A stretch of 59,334 nt of DNA, filler included, from Basidiobolus meristosporus CBS 931.73 (Eukaryota > Fungi > Basidiobolomycota), in the NCBI GenBank assembly GCA_002104905.1. It is 3 parts of 3 records of this genome, joined end to end, with 100 filler letters (N's around TTAATTAATTAA, not from the genome) between each part and the next. Parts side by side here need not be neighbours in the genome. Positions count along the whole stretch, not along the records: positions 25,146 to 44,579 come from MCFE01001031.1; positions 44,680 to 59,334 come from MCFE01001172.1; 1 more part is not named here. The stretch is one strand, 5' to 3'. The notes under the pieces are model-generated. The model ran no database searches and was not told where the DNA came from. It was given only the letters and a program-made list of their open reading frames with translations. This document shows positions 38,761 through 50,351 of the stretch, one piece after another (position 1 is the first letter of the stretch; each line of letters starts with the position of its first letter). A program made the translations under genes and the position numbers.

Positions 38761-40527
38761 TTAAATGGCCTTGACTGCCTCCTCAGTGGCTGGTTGTTCT
38801 TGGGGAGTTTCCAAAATTGGTTCCTCTGATAGTTGGGTAGTGGCTGGAGCAGCAGCTTCGGTACTGGTGGGTGCAGCCTCCTTAGAAGCAGTGTTGGATC
38901 GAACCATTAGACTTAATCGTTTGAACAAAGTTTGTTTCTTCGGCTTATCAGCAGCTTCTTCAATGGGAGCAGGCTCTTCAGCAGCAACTTCAGGAGTTGG
39001 TTCAGGCGAGGCGGCGTCAGCAGGGGCAGCGGTGGTCGTCTCTGCATCAACTTTAGAGTTGTCGACAATATCCAGTGGCTTTTCTAAGTTACCGGCCTCA
39101 GCGGCAGGAGGATGAACATCTACATCAGCAGCGTGTTCTGGCTGCTTGTTCTTCTTCAGATGAAGGAAATTGGATAGCGTACGCTTGAATGGTGAGGAGG
39201 GACGAGCAGGCTCAGCTGAGTGATCGGGTACAGCATCAGGAGTCTCAGCTGCCTCTGCTTCTGCCCCAGTAACGGCATGAGCACCTTCAGCAACCTCGGT
39301 ATTGGCTGCATCTTCGGCATGTTGTTCTGTGGTGGCTTCTTCGTGTACCTCAGCGACAGCTTCATGCTTCTCCTCCTTCTTTGGGGCTTTGAAGAACTTG
39401 GGGAGATGGAACGACAGTGGGCGAGATGGATGCTCATCTTTCTTGGCATCAGCAGCAGGAGATTCTGCAGTTTCTGCATGCTCCTCGGCAGTTTCAGGTG
39501 CGGCCGCTTCCTGCACTTCTTGTTGGGCTTCGGTTGCGTTTTCGGCCTCAGCTTGTGTAGCAGCCTCGGGTGAGTGAGCAGCCGCGTCTGCGGGCTTGTC
39601 CGCCTTCTTATTGATGAATGATTTAAAGTTGCCAAACATAGATTTACGCTTAGGAGAGTCTGATTGGACTTCACTTGAAACCTCAGCGATTGCTGGGGTT
39701 TCCTCGGCTACAGCATCTTCTTGCGGAGCAGTAACATCCTCTTTCTGCACCTCTGCTGCTTGGGATTCACCAGAACGGTGCTCATTCTCATTGTCCGAGC
39801 CAGAAAGTACTTCGGTGTCAGACAAAATACCAGTGGGAATGGGAGGAGTAGTCTTGGGATTGAAAGCCTGGCGGCTCACCAAGGCCTCGTAGGTATCTTT
39901 ATATTGCTGACTCTCTGCAGGGTTGGTAAGGGTGGAGAGCGAATCCAGCTTTCCTTGGATGCTCTGAACCCAGGACTTAGCCTCATCAGAAGTAGGAGCC
40001 GCCAAAGTGTATTCTCTAGCATTGGTCTTGATTAAGAAGGAGTGAGGTCTGCTAGTTTTGGTTGGAGCAACAGATTCAATGTCACTGAGATTGAGAATGC
40101 CCAATGGAACCTCGACATGATCAGGATTCGAAGATTTATAATAGAATAATAGACCTTCACCCGAAACAGTGGCAGAGGCGATACTGTGGAACAGCGATCG
40201 ATTCACCTTTTCGAATTCCTCCTTATTGGCCGAAACGGCCTTGGTATACTTCTTTGAGACTAGACGGAGCTGAGCAAGGGGGATGGGATCAGGATGAAAA
40301 GCAAAATAACGATGCTTCCACAATCGGAGAGGTCTTGGACCACGCTTGTAAAGAAATCCATTGTCGATATCTTGGACTTCTTCAGATTCAGCAGGTGCCT
40401 CAGCAGGGGTAGCATCAGTAGTATGAACTAGCTCTTCGGCTGGCGCTTCGGCCTCAACAACGGGTGCATTTTCCTCCTGCTCAGTGCGAAGTTCTACGGG
40501 AGCAGCGTTCTCGGTAGCGGTGGCCAT
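38761..40527 (-). CDS. PH-domain protein (Meu6-like) with a long Ala/Glu/Pro-rich disordered region, 588 aa
   Basis: GFLYKRG...WKHRYF and GLLFYYKS...PLGILNL...HSFLI...EYTLAAPTSDEAKSWVQSI form a PH fold with an insert. A 5'-UTR intron (gtaagt...ctaac...ttcag) lies at about 40552-40627. Confidence 0.85.
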   Translation of the reverse strand: MATATENAAPVELRTEQEENAPVVEAEAPAEELVHTTDATPAEAPAESEEVQDIDNGFLYKRGPRPLRLWKHRYFAFHPDPIPLAQLRLVSKKYTKAVSANKEEFEKVNRSLFHSIASATVSGEGLLFYYKSSNPDHVEVPLGILNLSDIESVAPTKTSRPHSFLIKTNAREYTLAAPTSDEAKSWVQSIQGKLDSLSTLTNPAESQQYKDTYEALVSRQAFNPKTTPPIPTGILSDTEVLSGSDNENEHRSGESQAAEVQKEDVTAPQEDAVAEETPAIAEVSSEVQSDSPKRKSMFGNFKSFINKKADKPADAAAHSPEAATQAEAENATEAQQEVQEAAAPETAEEHAETAESPAADAKKDEHPSRPLSFHLPKFFKAPKKEEKHEAVAEVHEEATTEQHAEDAANTEVAEGAHAVTGAEAEAAETPDAVPDHSAEPARPSSPFKRTLSNFLHLKKNKQPEHAADVDVHPPAAEAGNLEKPLDIVDNSKVDAETTTAAPADAASPEPTPEVAAEEPAPIEEAADKPKKQTLFKRLSLMVRSNTASKEAAPTSTEAAAPATTQLSEEPILETPQEQPATEEAVKAI

Positions 40528-43287
40528 AATATTAGCAAATCAACGAAATACTGAAATAGGAAAGTGTTAGATGAATTGAACCATAAAGGCAGCCGAAGAA
40601 AGATAAATCCAACGAAACCACACTTACCAAAAGCGAGGGTAGTTGAGAAGGCAAAGGGTAGTGTATGAAGAAAATTTTCAAGGAAGTCGAAACAAAGACA
40701 ATAGGTCAGACAAAATGAAGGGATGGCTTAGATCGTTAGTGGTGCTCTCTCTCAGTACTAGTAGTTTTATAGCTTTTAAGCCCAAGATTGGACTGCAATC
40801 ATATGACTTCATATAGGGGCCCCAAGAGGGGGTTAGGGTAATATCATTGCATCCCAATGAACAATCAGCAAACAAGTATATAGTAATTTGAGAAACCCAT
40901 ACATATCTGATGTACAGGTTCCATTGAATATTCCTAACTTTTGCTTGACTTACATTAGTCATTAATTCCTGCGATTCTTAAATTGCAGACCCGCTGCGTG
41001 CGTATTATATTAACTCAATAAATCTCCTTAACTAACAGGAATCTCTGCCGGAAGCACACGAAAACAATATCTGCAGCGTAGGCAGACAGCGGAGTTGCTG
41101 AGGGTTCACGAAGTGTACAGAATACATTTATTCAAATCCCCAGGAGCAGTATTGCAGGATGAAATAAGCGTAGCCGATCGAGCTTCAGTATGAGTGGGTT
41201 GTGCTAAGGACGTGTATATGGTAACAAGTACCACATGGGGTGCAGGCAGCATCTCTATTGCCCATTCTTAATCCACTGAACAAAGGACAAGAGAGCGCGC
41301 ACTGCACCCGATCAAGACCAACAGAACCCGTGACGCGGCCATTTTCACAGCAGTCACATCTGCCCTATTTCGACATCGTAAGGGAGGGATTGCTCATGGA
41401 GGCAAATATTCCAACTGTGTTCCATTCGCCTAGTTGAATGCTAGTCAATCCTCGTTTCTGAAACAAGCTGCATGCAGAGAGTAGGAACCCGGGAGAGAAA
41501 TCCTAGTCCATTCTCGTCAAGACATCTCATGGGATAAATTAAACCTCACCACATCTGTGAATCAGAACTAGAATCAAAATCAAAATCGAAACCAAAACCA
41601 CACATGACATTGCAAGGTGCTGACCTCATAAGCTCGCCCATCCGACACCAAGCTAAATCCCGTTCTCTCCCCCGAGTGTATACCAGGCTGCCTTAAAGCG
41701 AGACACCCACTGATGACTGATTCCAGGGATCATTAGTGATACGCTGCACCATCGCCCCCTCTGACCCATTGTCATCGAAGCTTTGAATGGTTCAATCCTA
41801 TTCTCCTATTGATGTGCTTGCCTCAATTCCAGATATGGCCACCAGTGGGGCTTACCCTCAAAGTCTTATACTTTCGCCATGGCGCAGTTGATCATTTGAT
41901 TCCTCCAAACATGACGCGTCTAAGAAATGTACACAGTTCGGTGGTACAAGATTTGCGTCAATCTGCGACCAGCAATGCAAGTCTCACCATAGCCTCGGAT
42001 TAAAGTAGGTGTCCAGAAGTGGGGAGGCCAGAATCAAGTCATTAGGTGGGCAGAACAGAGTATCGCAGTGCAGTTACAGTGAATCCGCACCGCACGAAAC
42101 TCTAGACGCATGTTGCCAAAAACGGCCGTACAGCTAGTCTCTGTTTGGTAGTCATGTGGAAGAGTACTGCTTAACTGCAAATATTCACCCGCGATTTGTG
42201 GCCCAGCCTTGAGAGGCCCAGGTTTTGAACTTGTTTGAATTTCATTAATGTGTGCGTCCACGGTTCTTGACATCGTTGGCTAAGAATGGCCCATAGCTTC
42301 GGCCTGCCTCTATCCTATATCCGTTTTCTGCGTGGTCTTGTACGCTCTTCAAGCGCGACATTAGAAACAGATAGCAAATGAGATCTTAAAATGTTTATTA
42401 ATCAATAATGCCGATAATAGAGCAGATGGGATGGTAGATGGTTCAGTAAAGATAGGAACTTGGATCCCTATCCAGATTCGTACACTTACCACTTTGATGA
42501 GAATTGCACGTGAAAGGTGACCCAAAAGCACACAGCTCACATTTATTAAATTGTTACTCACAAAGGTATATCTTTGAGCCATGGATGCACTAATGGAAAC
42601 GAATTGTTTGTTATATCACTTTTCTTGCCTGCGGGTACATATTGTTCAAATTTAAATCGCATGCCAAGACTTAAATATTTGTTCACCCAAGCATACCAGC
42701 AATCTCTCAACTGGATACTCAGGTCTTGGCCTATACTACGACTACGCGCCACATAACTCCTTCCTTAGAAGGGCTTTTCAGAAGTCAGACTAATACTGGC
42801 ACCCGTCACGACCACTTCGACCATTCTCTAGCGTATATATATTGGAGATGGGGTGGATTTCCCGGGACTAGTCGTCTGGCAATAATACTTTAAATTAGGC
42901 AATCATCAAAAACTCCACCAATCTGAACGTCTAGGGGTAATAACTCCAGCCTAAATAAATTAGCAGATGTATCTGTGATAAGCCTTTTTTTCCACCAATC
43001 AAGTACCCATTTGAATGTAGTGGCATCCCATGGATTTCATCGTGTAGTTTATTTAATTGACACAATGTCGCTTGCACGAAGAGCAATTTCCAATTTTGGG
43101 TGATCTTTTCGGGATCAACCAGCCCCGAGTCATCCGACACAAGTCGAACCCCAACTTTGTTGCGGGATTTTTTCACCATACAAGAGCGTTGGTCCTCTTC
43201 ACGAGCAGCTTGTCTCTTAATTTAGATCCGTTCTGTATTTCTTTTTTATACAAGTCACTACATTTTCTTCTAATCTTAATTGTCTAA

Positions 43288-44257
<970 letters not shown>

Positions 44258-44579
44258 ACCCATCATACCACTCATTTCCCCATCCTTACTCAACGGAACT
44301 TCCCACTCATTGGTCGTGGCTGGAAGCAGAGTTGAAACTCTAAATTACCATCTCCTGGCCATGTACCACCCATTGACGTATATAAATGTTTCGGGCACTT
44401 TAATCTTGGCCTATCGGTCATCTCCAAAATCATTCTGGCCTGCTCACGTTCCATCAGGGTTTTGATGGATTAAGTTGCTGCCAATGGTTTCGGTCCTGCG
44501 TTGACCATGCCGGAGATTCATTTGTCACTTTAATATACATGCCTCCAGTGTAGGAGACTTGTTCATTGGGGGATAGGCC

Positions 44580-44679
44580 NNNNNNNNNNNNNNNNNNNNN
44601 NNNNNNNNNNNNNNNNNNNNNNNTTAATTAATTAANNNNNNNNNNNNNNNNNNNNNNNNNNNNNNNNNNNNNNNNNNNN
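44580..44679. other. Assembly gap (100 positions of N with a TTAATTAATTAA spacer)
   Basis: N run. Confidence 0.95.
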
Positions 44680-44918
44680 CCTCCTAGTTGATGAGTGCAA
44701 TGCTACAGCTTGGCTGTGCTGAATTGCTCCGACTGAACCAACTGAACCGGCCTGTAGTGCCACACGCTGATGAGTTCTCTTACTTGCCAAGGCTCCGGTG
44801 GTTGAGGCACTTCATGTTGGTCATCATCAGTCAGTTCACCAGAAGTAACTCGCTGATGGTCCGGCAAAACAGCACGTGCAGGCGCGCCTTGACGCGTTGA
44901 GATGGCCCTTGGCTGAGT

Positions 44919-45794
44919 TCAATGTGATGCTGCAAGTTGACGCGACTTGGTCCGCTCCAAAGGACTTGTGTCTAAATGAGCAGTTTGGCAAGTTCTTGTA
45001 GTTTTGCTCTGAAGCGTGCGCATTGACCTGATGCGCGTTGACTTGATGCGGGGCGTTCTGTTAAAGGGTGTTGGCGTACTCTGGACTGATGTGCGCCGGC
45101 GCACTGTGGTTGCAAGAGATGGTAGGGAATCCAGCAAGGCGTGCTGGCGCAATCTGGATGATGTTGCTTGCGGTCTGTATTCTTCCTCCTGAAGCTCACC
45201 ATCTGATTCCTCAAGGTATTCACTTACCCTCTGTCTGATACTTTGGAGCTGTTGCCTGGATGAGTCCTGTGTATATTGCTCTTAGAAGCCACTTAGCTCT
45301 ACTAATATATCATGTAGTACATTAGTCATTTGAGGCAAAAACTCATTCAAAATCTCTTTGGTTCCCAAAGTTGAGGCACAAACGGACGCGTCCAGCCTGT
45401 ACTGTGCAAATTGCGCGCAAAATTGCTCCCGCACAGCTTCTTTGTCAAATCCCCTCACTCTCAGCTCATTCTTGATTTCAATACTTGTCTTGTTATATAT
45501 CTTTTTACATACATTGGCTGGCATCTTGATGTAGAACTCATGCCACAGCTTTCTATTCAAATTCTTCCATCTTTGTTGACTCTCTGAGGTATCTAGTTCT
45601 GCTAGATTAATCAGTAGTGCCCAAATATCTGTATGAAGGCTCATCATAGACACTTGGGCCATACTAAAATCATTTGGCAAGAACTTGAACGTATCCAACA
45701 TTGACTTTTCCGGTTCAGACCGCGCTTGTGAGCTGGGGGATGGGTTTTGTCTGGGTTGTACAAAAGATGAGTTGAGGCTTGGTATGGGGACCAT
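44919..45794 (-). pseudogene. Unknown ORF of about 291 codons with one internal TAA (45282-45284), head-to-head with the transposase; likely the second gene of the transposon
   Basis: ORF-track ORFs 45282..45794 and 44919..45152 are in the same frame, separated by a single stop (GF*EQYTQDSSRQQ...). Confidence 0.55.
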
Positions 45795-46153
45795 AGCAAC
45801 GGATTTGGATACTTATACAGCAGTATATTGGCATCAACCTGGTCTTATATGAAATAAATATGAAAACTAATGTGATTGTTGAATTTTCCATATATTATGC
45901 ATGATGCATCTCGGATCGCATTGACACGGATCAGATCACATCAATTGCAGATTTCCTATTTGATTATAGACCTATGATTAAAGCATCAATAAAAGTACCA
46001 AGGCATTGTTTGCGGATGATTTTTGCGACATAATGATGGGATACATGGCAATTGATGGAGATTTAACCATAATGTATTAAAAATCAGATAAATAAGGCGG
46101 ATCACGCCAAATCAATTCAAACCGCCTTAATACAATCATCCACCAATTTTAAT

Positions 46154-47038
46154 ATGACTTACTCATCTGAATGGTCTTTTCTCATCAATCCCATCACTAC
46201 CACTGGATTTCCTTTTGACACACTAGAGGAGATCTATTCCAAGTACTGTGGACCATCAACCCCAATCTACTCAAGGAGATCCCTTATCAAGCTTCTCTGC
46301 TATTACAAGAACTATTGCTCTACAAGGTTTCATCCCACCATCCATGGTGACAAAAGTCCTAGAAGCTTTCATTCCCAGCTGACAGCAATGGAGAACCACC
46401 TTGCAGAGGGTATGAATGACTTAGAGCAAGCTTGGAATACTAGGTTCAGAAGCTCCAATAGACTTCCCTATCCCAGAGTGTTCAGCAACAGGTTCCATAT
46501 CAGGAGTATTTTGGATACCTTCCCAGTGAGGATTAACAGACCTTCTAGAGGGCAGAGGCACTTTTATTCTGGCAAGTACAAGGCACACTGTGTGAAGTTT
46601 CAAGCACAGTCTGACATTGAGGGTAACATCATCTGGTTTAGTAGGCCATTTGCTGGAAGTAGGCATGACAAAGCACTCTGGGTAGAGAATCATCCTGAGT
46701 TCAGTAGAGGGGAGAAATATATGGCAGACTTAGCTTATATAGGAGAGGATTGTCAGAGATTAGGATGTATTACAGCTTATAGGAAGCCAAGGAATGGTGT
46801 ACTTAGCAGGAAGCAGAAGCTCTACAATGAGATATTTAATCATTTCAGAGTAAGGGTAGAGCACACATTTGGATATCTGAAGAGATTCAGCATATTGGCA
46901 GGTAAATACAGAGGAAAGTCATATATAGGAGAAAACAGCAGAATAGGTAAAATAGTTAAGATACTTATCATTACACAATATATTTATACAAGAAGACATC
47001 CACTGAGAGAAATATGTCTGGAGCATTATGAAGAGTAA
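46154..47038 (+). CDS. DDE transposase, DDE_Tnp_4 type (PIF/Harbinger, ISL2EU or IS5-like), intact 294-aa ORF
   Basis: ILDTFPVRINRP (D), FYSGKYKAH, GSRHD, MADLAYIG (D), YN...RVRVEHTFGYLKRF (E). Confidence 0.92.
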   Translation: MTYSSEWSFLINPITTTGFPFDTLEEIYSKYCGPSTPIYSRRSLIKLLCYYKNYCSTRFHPTIHGDKSPRSFHSQLTAMENHLAEGMNDLEQAWNTRFRSSNRLPYPRVFSNRFHIRSILDTFPVRINRPSRGQRHFYSGKYKAHCVKFQAQSDIEGNIIWFSRPFAGSRHDKALWVENHPEFSRGEKYMADLAYIGEDCQRLGCITAYRKPRNGVLSRKQKLYNEIFNHFRVRVEHTFGYLKRFSILAGKYRGKSYIGENSRIGKIVKILIITQYIYTRRHPLREICLEHYEE

Positions 47039-47219
47039 ATAAAGCAAGGAAAGCACTATTCTGAGCAACATAAGTAAGATTGAGTAAAATTACCGGTAGC
47101 TGTATCATACCACAGGCATCATGGTAGAAATTATAGTGCCAGATAGTGCTGTAGGGTGCCAGATCAATCCGGCACCATAAACAGGCTGGCACTATGTGGC
47201 ACTATCCAATGGAACAAGT

Positions 47220-50200
47220 TTATTATGTACTAACCCTGAAACTGTTACAGAATGCTCCTGAATGTTGAGAAACCTCCTTACTTAGTGTTACAGCTGTATT
47301 ACTTCTACAAAGGTACAAATACTAACCCTCTTTATGAATAAACAACAGCTCATCTATTAGCAATATTTCTTGATTAGTTCCATATATCCAAGTCACTTCT
47401 TAAATTGTGACAGGTTATGAGCCCCAATTTCCTTAGTTTACTCTAAAGAGGACTTCAACCAGCAAATCAAACAATACAAACATCTTCCCTTTAAAGGAGA
47501 AGTCTGATGGGAAGAACTACGGACTATGGAGAATTACAATGCATATCTACCTTGAGGAAAGAATGCTTTTGACTATAGTAACAGGAAAAGAAGTTGAGCC
47601 CAAGGGAACAGCAGAAGAAGTGGAGTAGTTTTAAGAGAAAGAGAAAAGATCTTTAATGCCATATGTATCAATTTGCAAGATTCCTTCATTGGACAAATCC
47701 ATGCTTCAAATACTGCCAAAGCAGCATGGGAATCCTCAGAGAAGATCTTTACAGCAAAGTCAGTATCAAGTAAGCATTATTTGAAGCAAAAGTTATTTAA
47801 CATAGGGAAGAAGCCAGATGATGACATGCTACAACTTATTACCACCATGGAGACACTTGCAGAAGAGCTTCACAGTATTAATGCTGGTGTAGATAAGAAA
47901 GAAAAGATACACTGTCTGCAGCCTACCAGAGCAGTATGAGCCACTCATGCTTTCTTTTGAAAACAAGGAAGACAACTTGACTATGTACATCATGAGCAGA
48001 TGCCTTACAACAGCACTGTGTGATTCTACACCTCTAGAAGCATATACAGGCAAAAACCATACCTCCAGCACCTCAGGATCTTTGGCAGTGGTGTCTTTTG
48101 TCACATCACTGACAAAAAACACTCAAAGCTGGAACCAAAGAGTAGAAAAGGGATCTTTCTTGTGTATTATAATGATGCTAAAGGTTACAGAGTGTATGAT
48201 GGCAAAATTCAGAAGCTGATCAAGAGCAGGGATGTTTTATTTCAGGGGAATGCAGATCAAGAAGCCTCTGAAGTTATTGGCCAGATGTAATTAGCACTAA
48301 AGAAGAAGATACATACCTAATTCAGCCATGTATGGAAGATAATTCTGCCGGCTCCAGATCAGAACAGATTATCCCTGTTAGTAAATCTACAAGAATAATA
48401 AATGCCCCTAGATCCTGGTCGCAGACATCCAATGATCATGAAGAAGCTTATCTTGCCTTATGTGCCAAACCTCAGAATCTGGAGCAAGCAATGCAAGCTC
48501 CAGATGCTACTATGTGGCAGCAAGTCTTGGAGGAGGAATATCCATCACTCATCAAGGCAAAGACATGGGAACTGGCAGACTTACCAAATGGGAGAAAGCC
48601 AGAAGGATGTAGATTGGTCTAAAATACCAGCATAACCTCAAATGGTACTGATGAGAAGCATAAGGCTAGATTAGTGCTAATGGCTGTTCCCAGATCCAGG
48701 GACCAGACTTTAAGGCAACATTTGCTCTGGTTGCCTAGTTTAGCTCTGTTAGGACAACTCTAGCCCTGACAGCTATACAGTCTAGATCTACACCAAATAG
48801 ACATCAAAACAGCTTTCCCAAATGGGAATTTGCAGGAAACTATGTATACATAGAGCAGTAAGAATGTTATACCAATCCAAAAGGCCCCCATAAAGTGTGC
48901 AAACTTAGGCAGTTGTTGTATTGGCTTAAGCAGGTACCTAGAGCATGGTGCAATAAGATTAACACATATCTAGAGGAGATTGCATTCATTTGCAGCACTG
49001 CAGATTTCAATATATATGAGAAACAGCTCAAAAAGGGTGTGATCATCCTAGTTCTCTATGTGGACAGCCTAATAATTGCTACAAGGGACCAGCAGGCACT
49101 TAAACAGACAAAATCAGATATCTTCAGCAAGTTTGAGAGGAAAGATCTCAGATAATTGAGCTATTTTCATGGAATTGAAGTCAAATTTGACATACCTACC
49201 CAGAAAATTGCTGCTGGTTGATCAAAGTGCATCAGTGATACTATTAGACCCTTCAAAATGAAAAATTGCAGACCTGCAACTACCGCTAGGGACAAAAATC
49301 TAAAATTAAGTAAATCACAGCCAGTTTTAGGTAAAAATGGCTTAAATATGGACCAAGACTTCCCCTATCAATCAATGATTGGTAGCCTGATGTACTTGAT
49401 GGTGTCTACACATCCTGACACTGCAGTGGCAGTAGGAATGGTCAGACAATTCAAGCCAAATTATGAATCTGATCAAATTACAGTAAATAAGTGGATTTAC
49501 AGATATCTACAAGGTATCTTAAATACGGTACTGGAATACTCTGGAGAAGCTAATAGGCTAGAATTTGATGGTTATAGTGACTCAGATTGGGGTAAGGATC
49601 CAATTGACAGATGCTCTACCGCTGGGTATGTAGTCCTTTATGATGGTGAAGCTATTACTTGAATTGCAAGCAAGAACCAACTGTGGCCCTATCTTCAACT
49701 GCCACTTTGAGAGGGAAGGTGCAGGAGATAGCTTAGTAGTGTTAGTTTACTGTCCAACTGACAAAATGGTAGCAGATATACTGACAAAACCACTAGCTAG
49801 ATCATGATTTGAGAATCTCAGAAAGGAATTAGGATTAAGAAATTATTCAGATGAGGAGAAGAAATATTAGAATATTGGACTATTGGATATCATTCAGCAG
49901 ACAAAAATTTACTCAACCACTCTAGACTAGTTTTGGTCACTGTAGATCTAAGTTACAGCCCAAACTTTGTTGGTTTCCAAAGGTATTTGATCCTATGACT
50001 ATTCCCCTATAGTCAAGAACAAATTAGCACTTTTTACCAAACATTATGTACTTACCCTGAAACTATACCAGAATGCTCCCAAATATTAAGAAACCCTCCT
50101 TACTTAGTGTTACAGCTGTATTACTTCTACAAAGGTATAAATACTAACCCTCTTTGTGAATTAACAATAGCTCAACTATTATCACTATTTCTGGATTAGT

Positions 50201-50234
50201 TCCTTACATCCAAATCACATATTAAATTGCAACA
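47220..50234 (+). mobile_element. Degenerate, internally deleted Ty1/Copia family-2 element: partial 5'LTR (to 47412), PBS, gag, IN C-terminal remnant, RT, RNaseH, PPT, 3'LTR (49865-50234)
   Basis: Shared LTR sequence at 47220-47412 and about 50040-50234. Gag (LKQKLFN), KLEPKSRKGIF, HKARLV, LYVDSLII, YSDSDWG...STAGY, PTDKMVADILTKPL. Purine tract before 49865. Confidence 0.9.
47413..47424 (+). other. Primer-binding site GGTTATGAGCCC, complementary to the anticodon arm of initiator tRNA-Met
   Basis: Starts immediately after the LTR-terminal CA. Matches the Ty5/copia-type half-tRNA PBS. Confidence 0.8.
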
Positions 50235-50351
50235 CCCTATCCACTCCCTACTCCATCTTACTTGTTTTGAGGAGAATTTTGGATCTTGTTTCATTTTGTG
50301 AGAGTTTTCATTGTGCAGTGTGGTAGGGTTAGCATACCTTATGCAGACTAG

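Larger units (their letters stand above)
44557..47219. mobile_element. Putative full extent of the DNA transposon, spanning a gap
   Basis: The right end CCAATGGAACAAGT (47206-47219) is an imperfect inverted repeat of ACTTGTTCATTGG (44557-44569). TGGCACTAT/ATAGTGCCA repeats cluster at 47130-47205. No convincing TSD, and a gap intervenes. Confidence 0.45.

Noticed and set aside
37405-39892. Long antisense or alternate-frame ORFs over the deacetylase tail and the PH gene
   Set aside because: Shadows of low-complexity coding sequence. The same applies to antisense ORFs over SEC63 and the PTP.
42034-43179. Possible spliced gene divergent from IDI1
   Set aside because: Intron-like segments exist, but I could not build an open frame or recognise a family.
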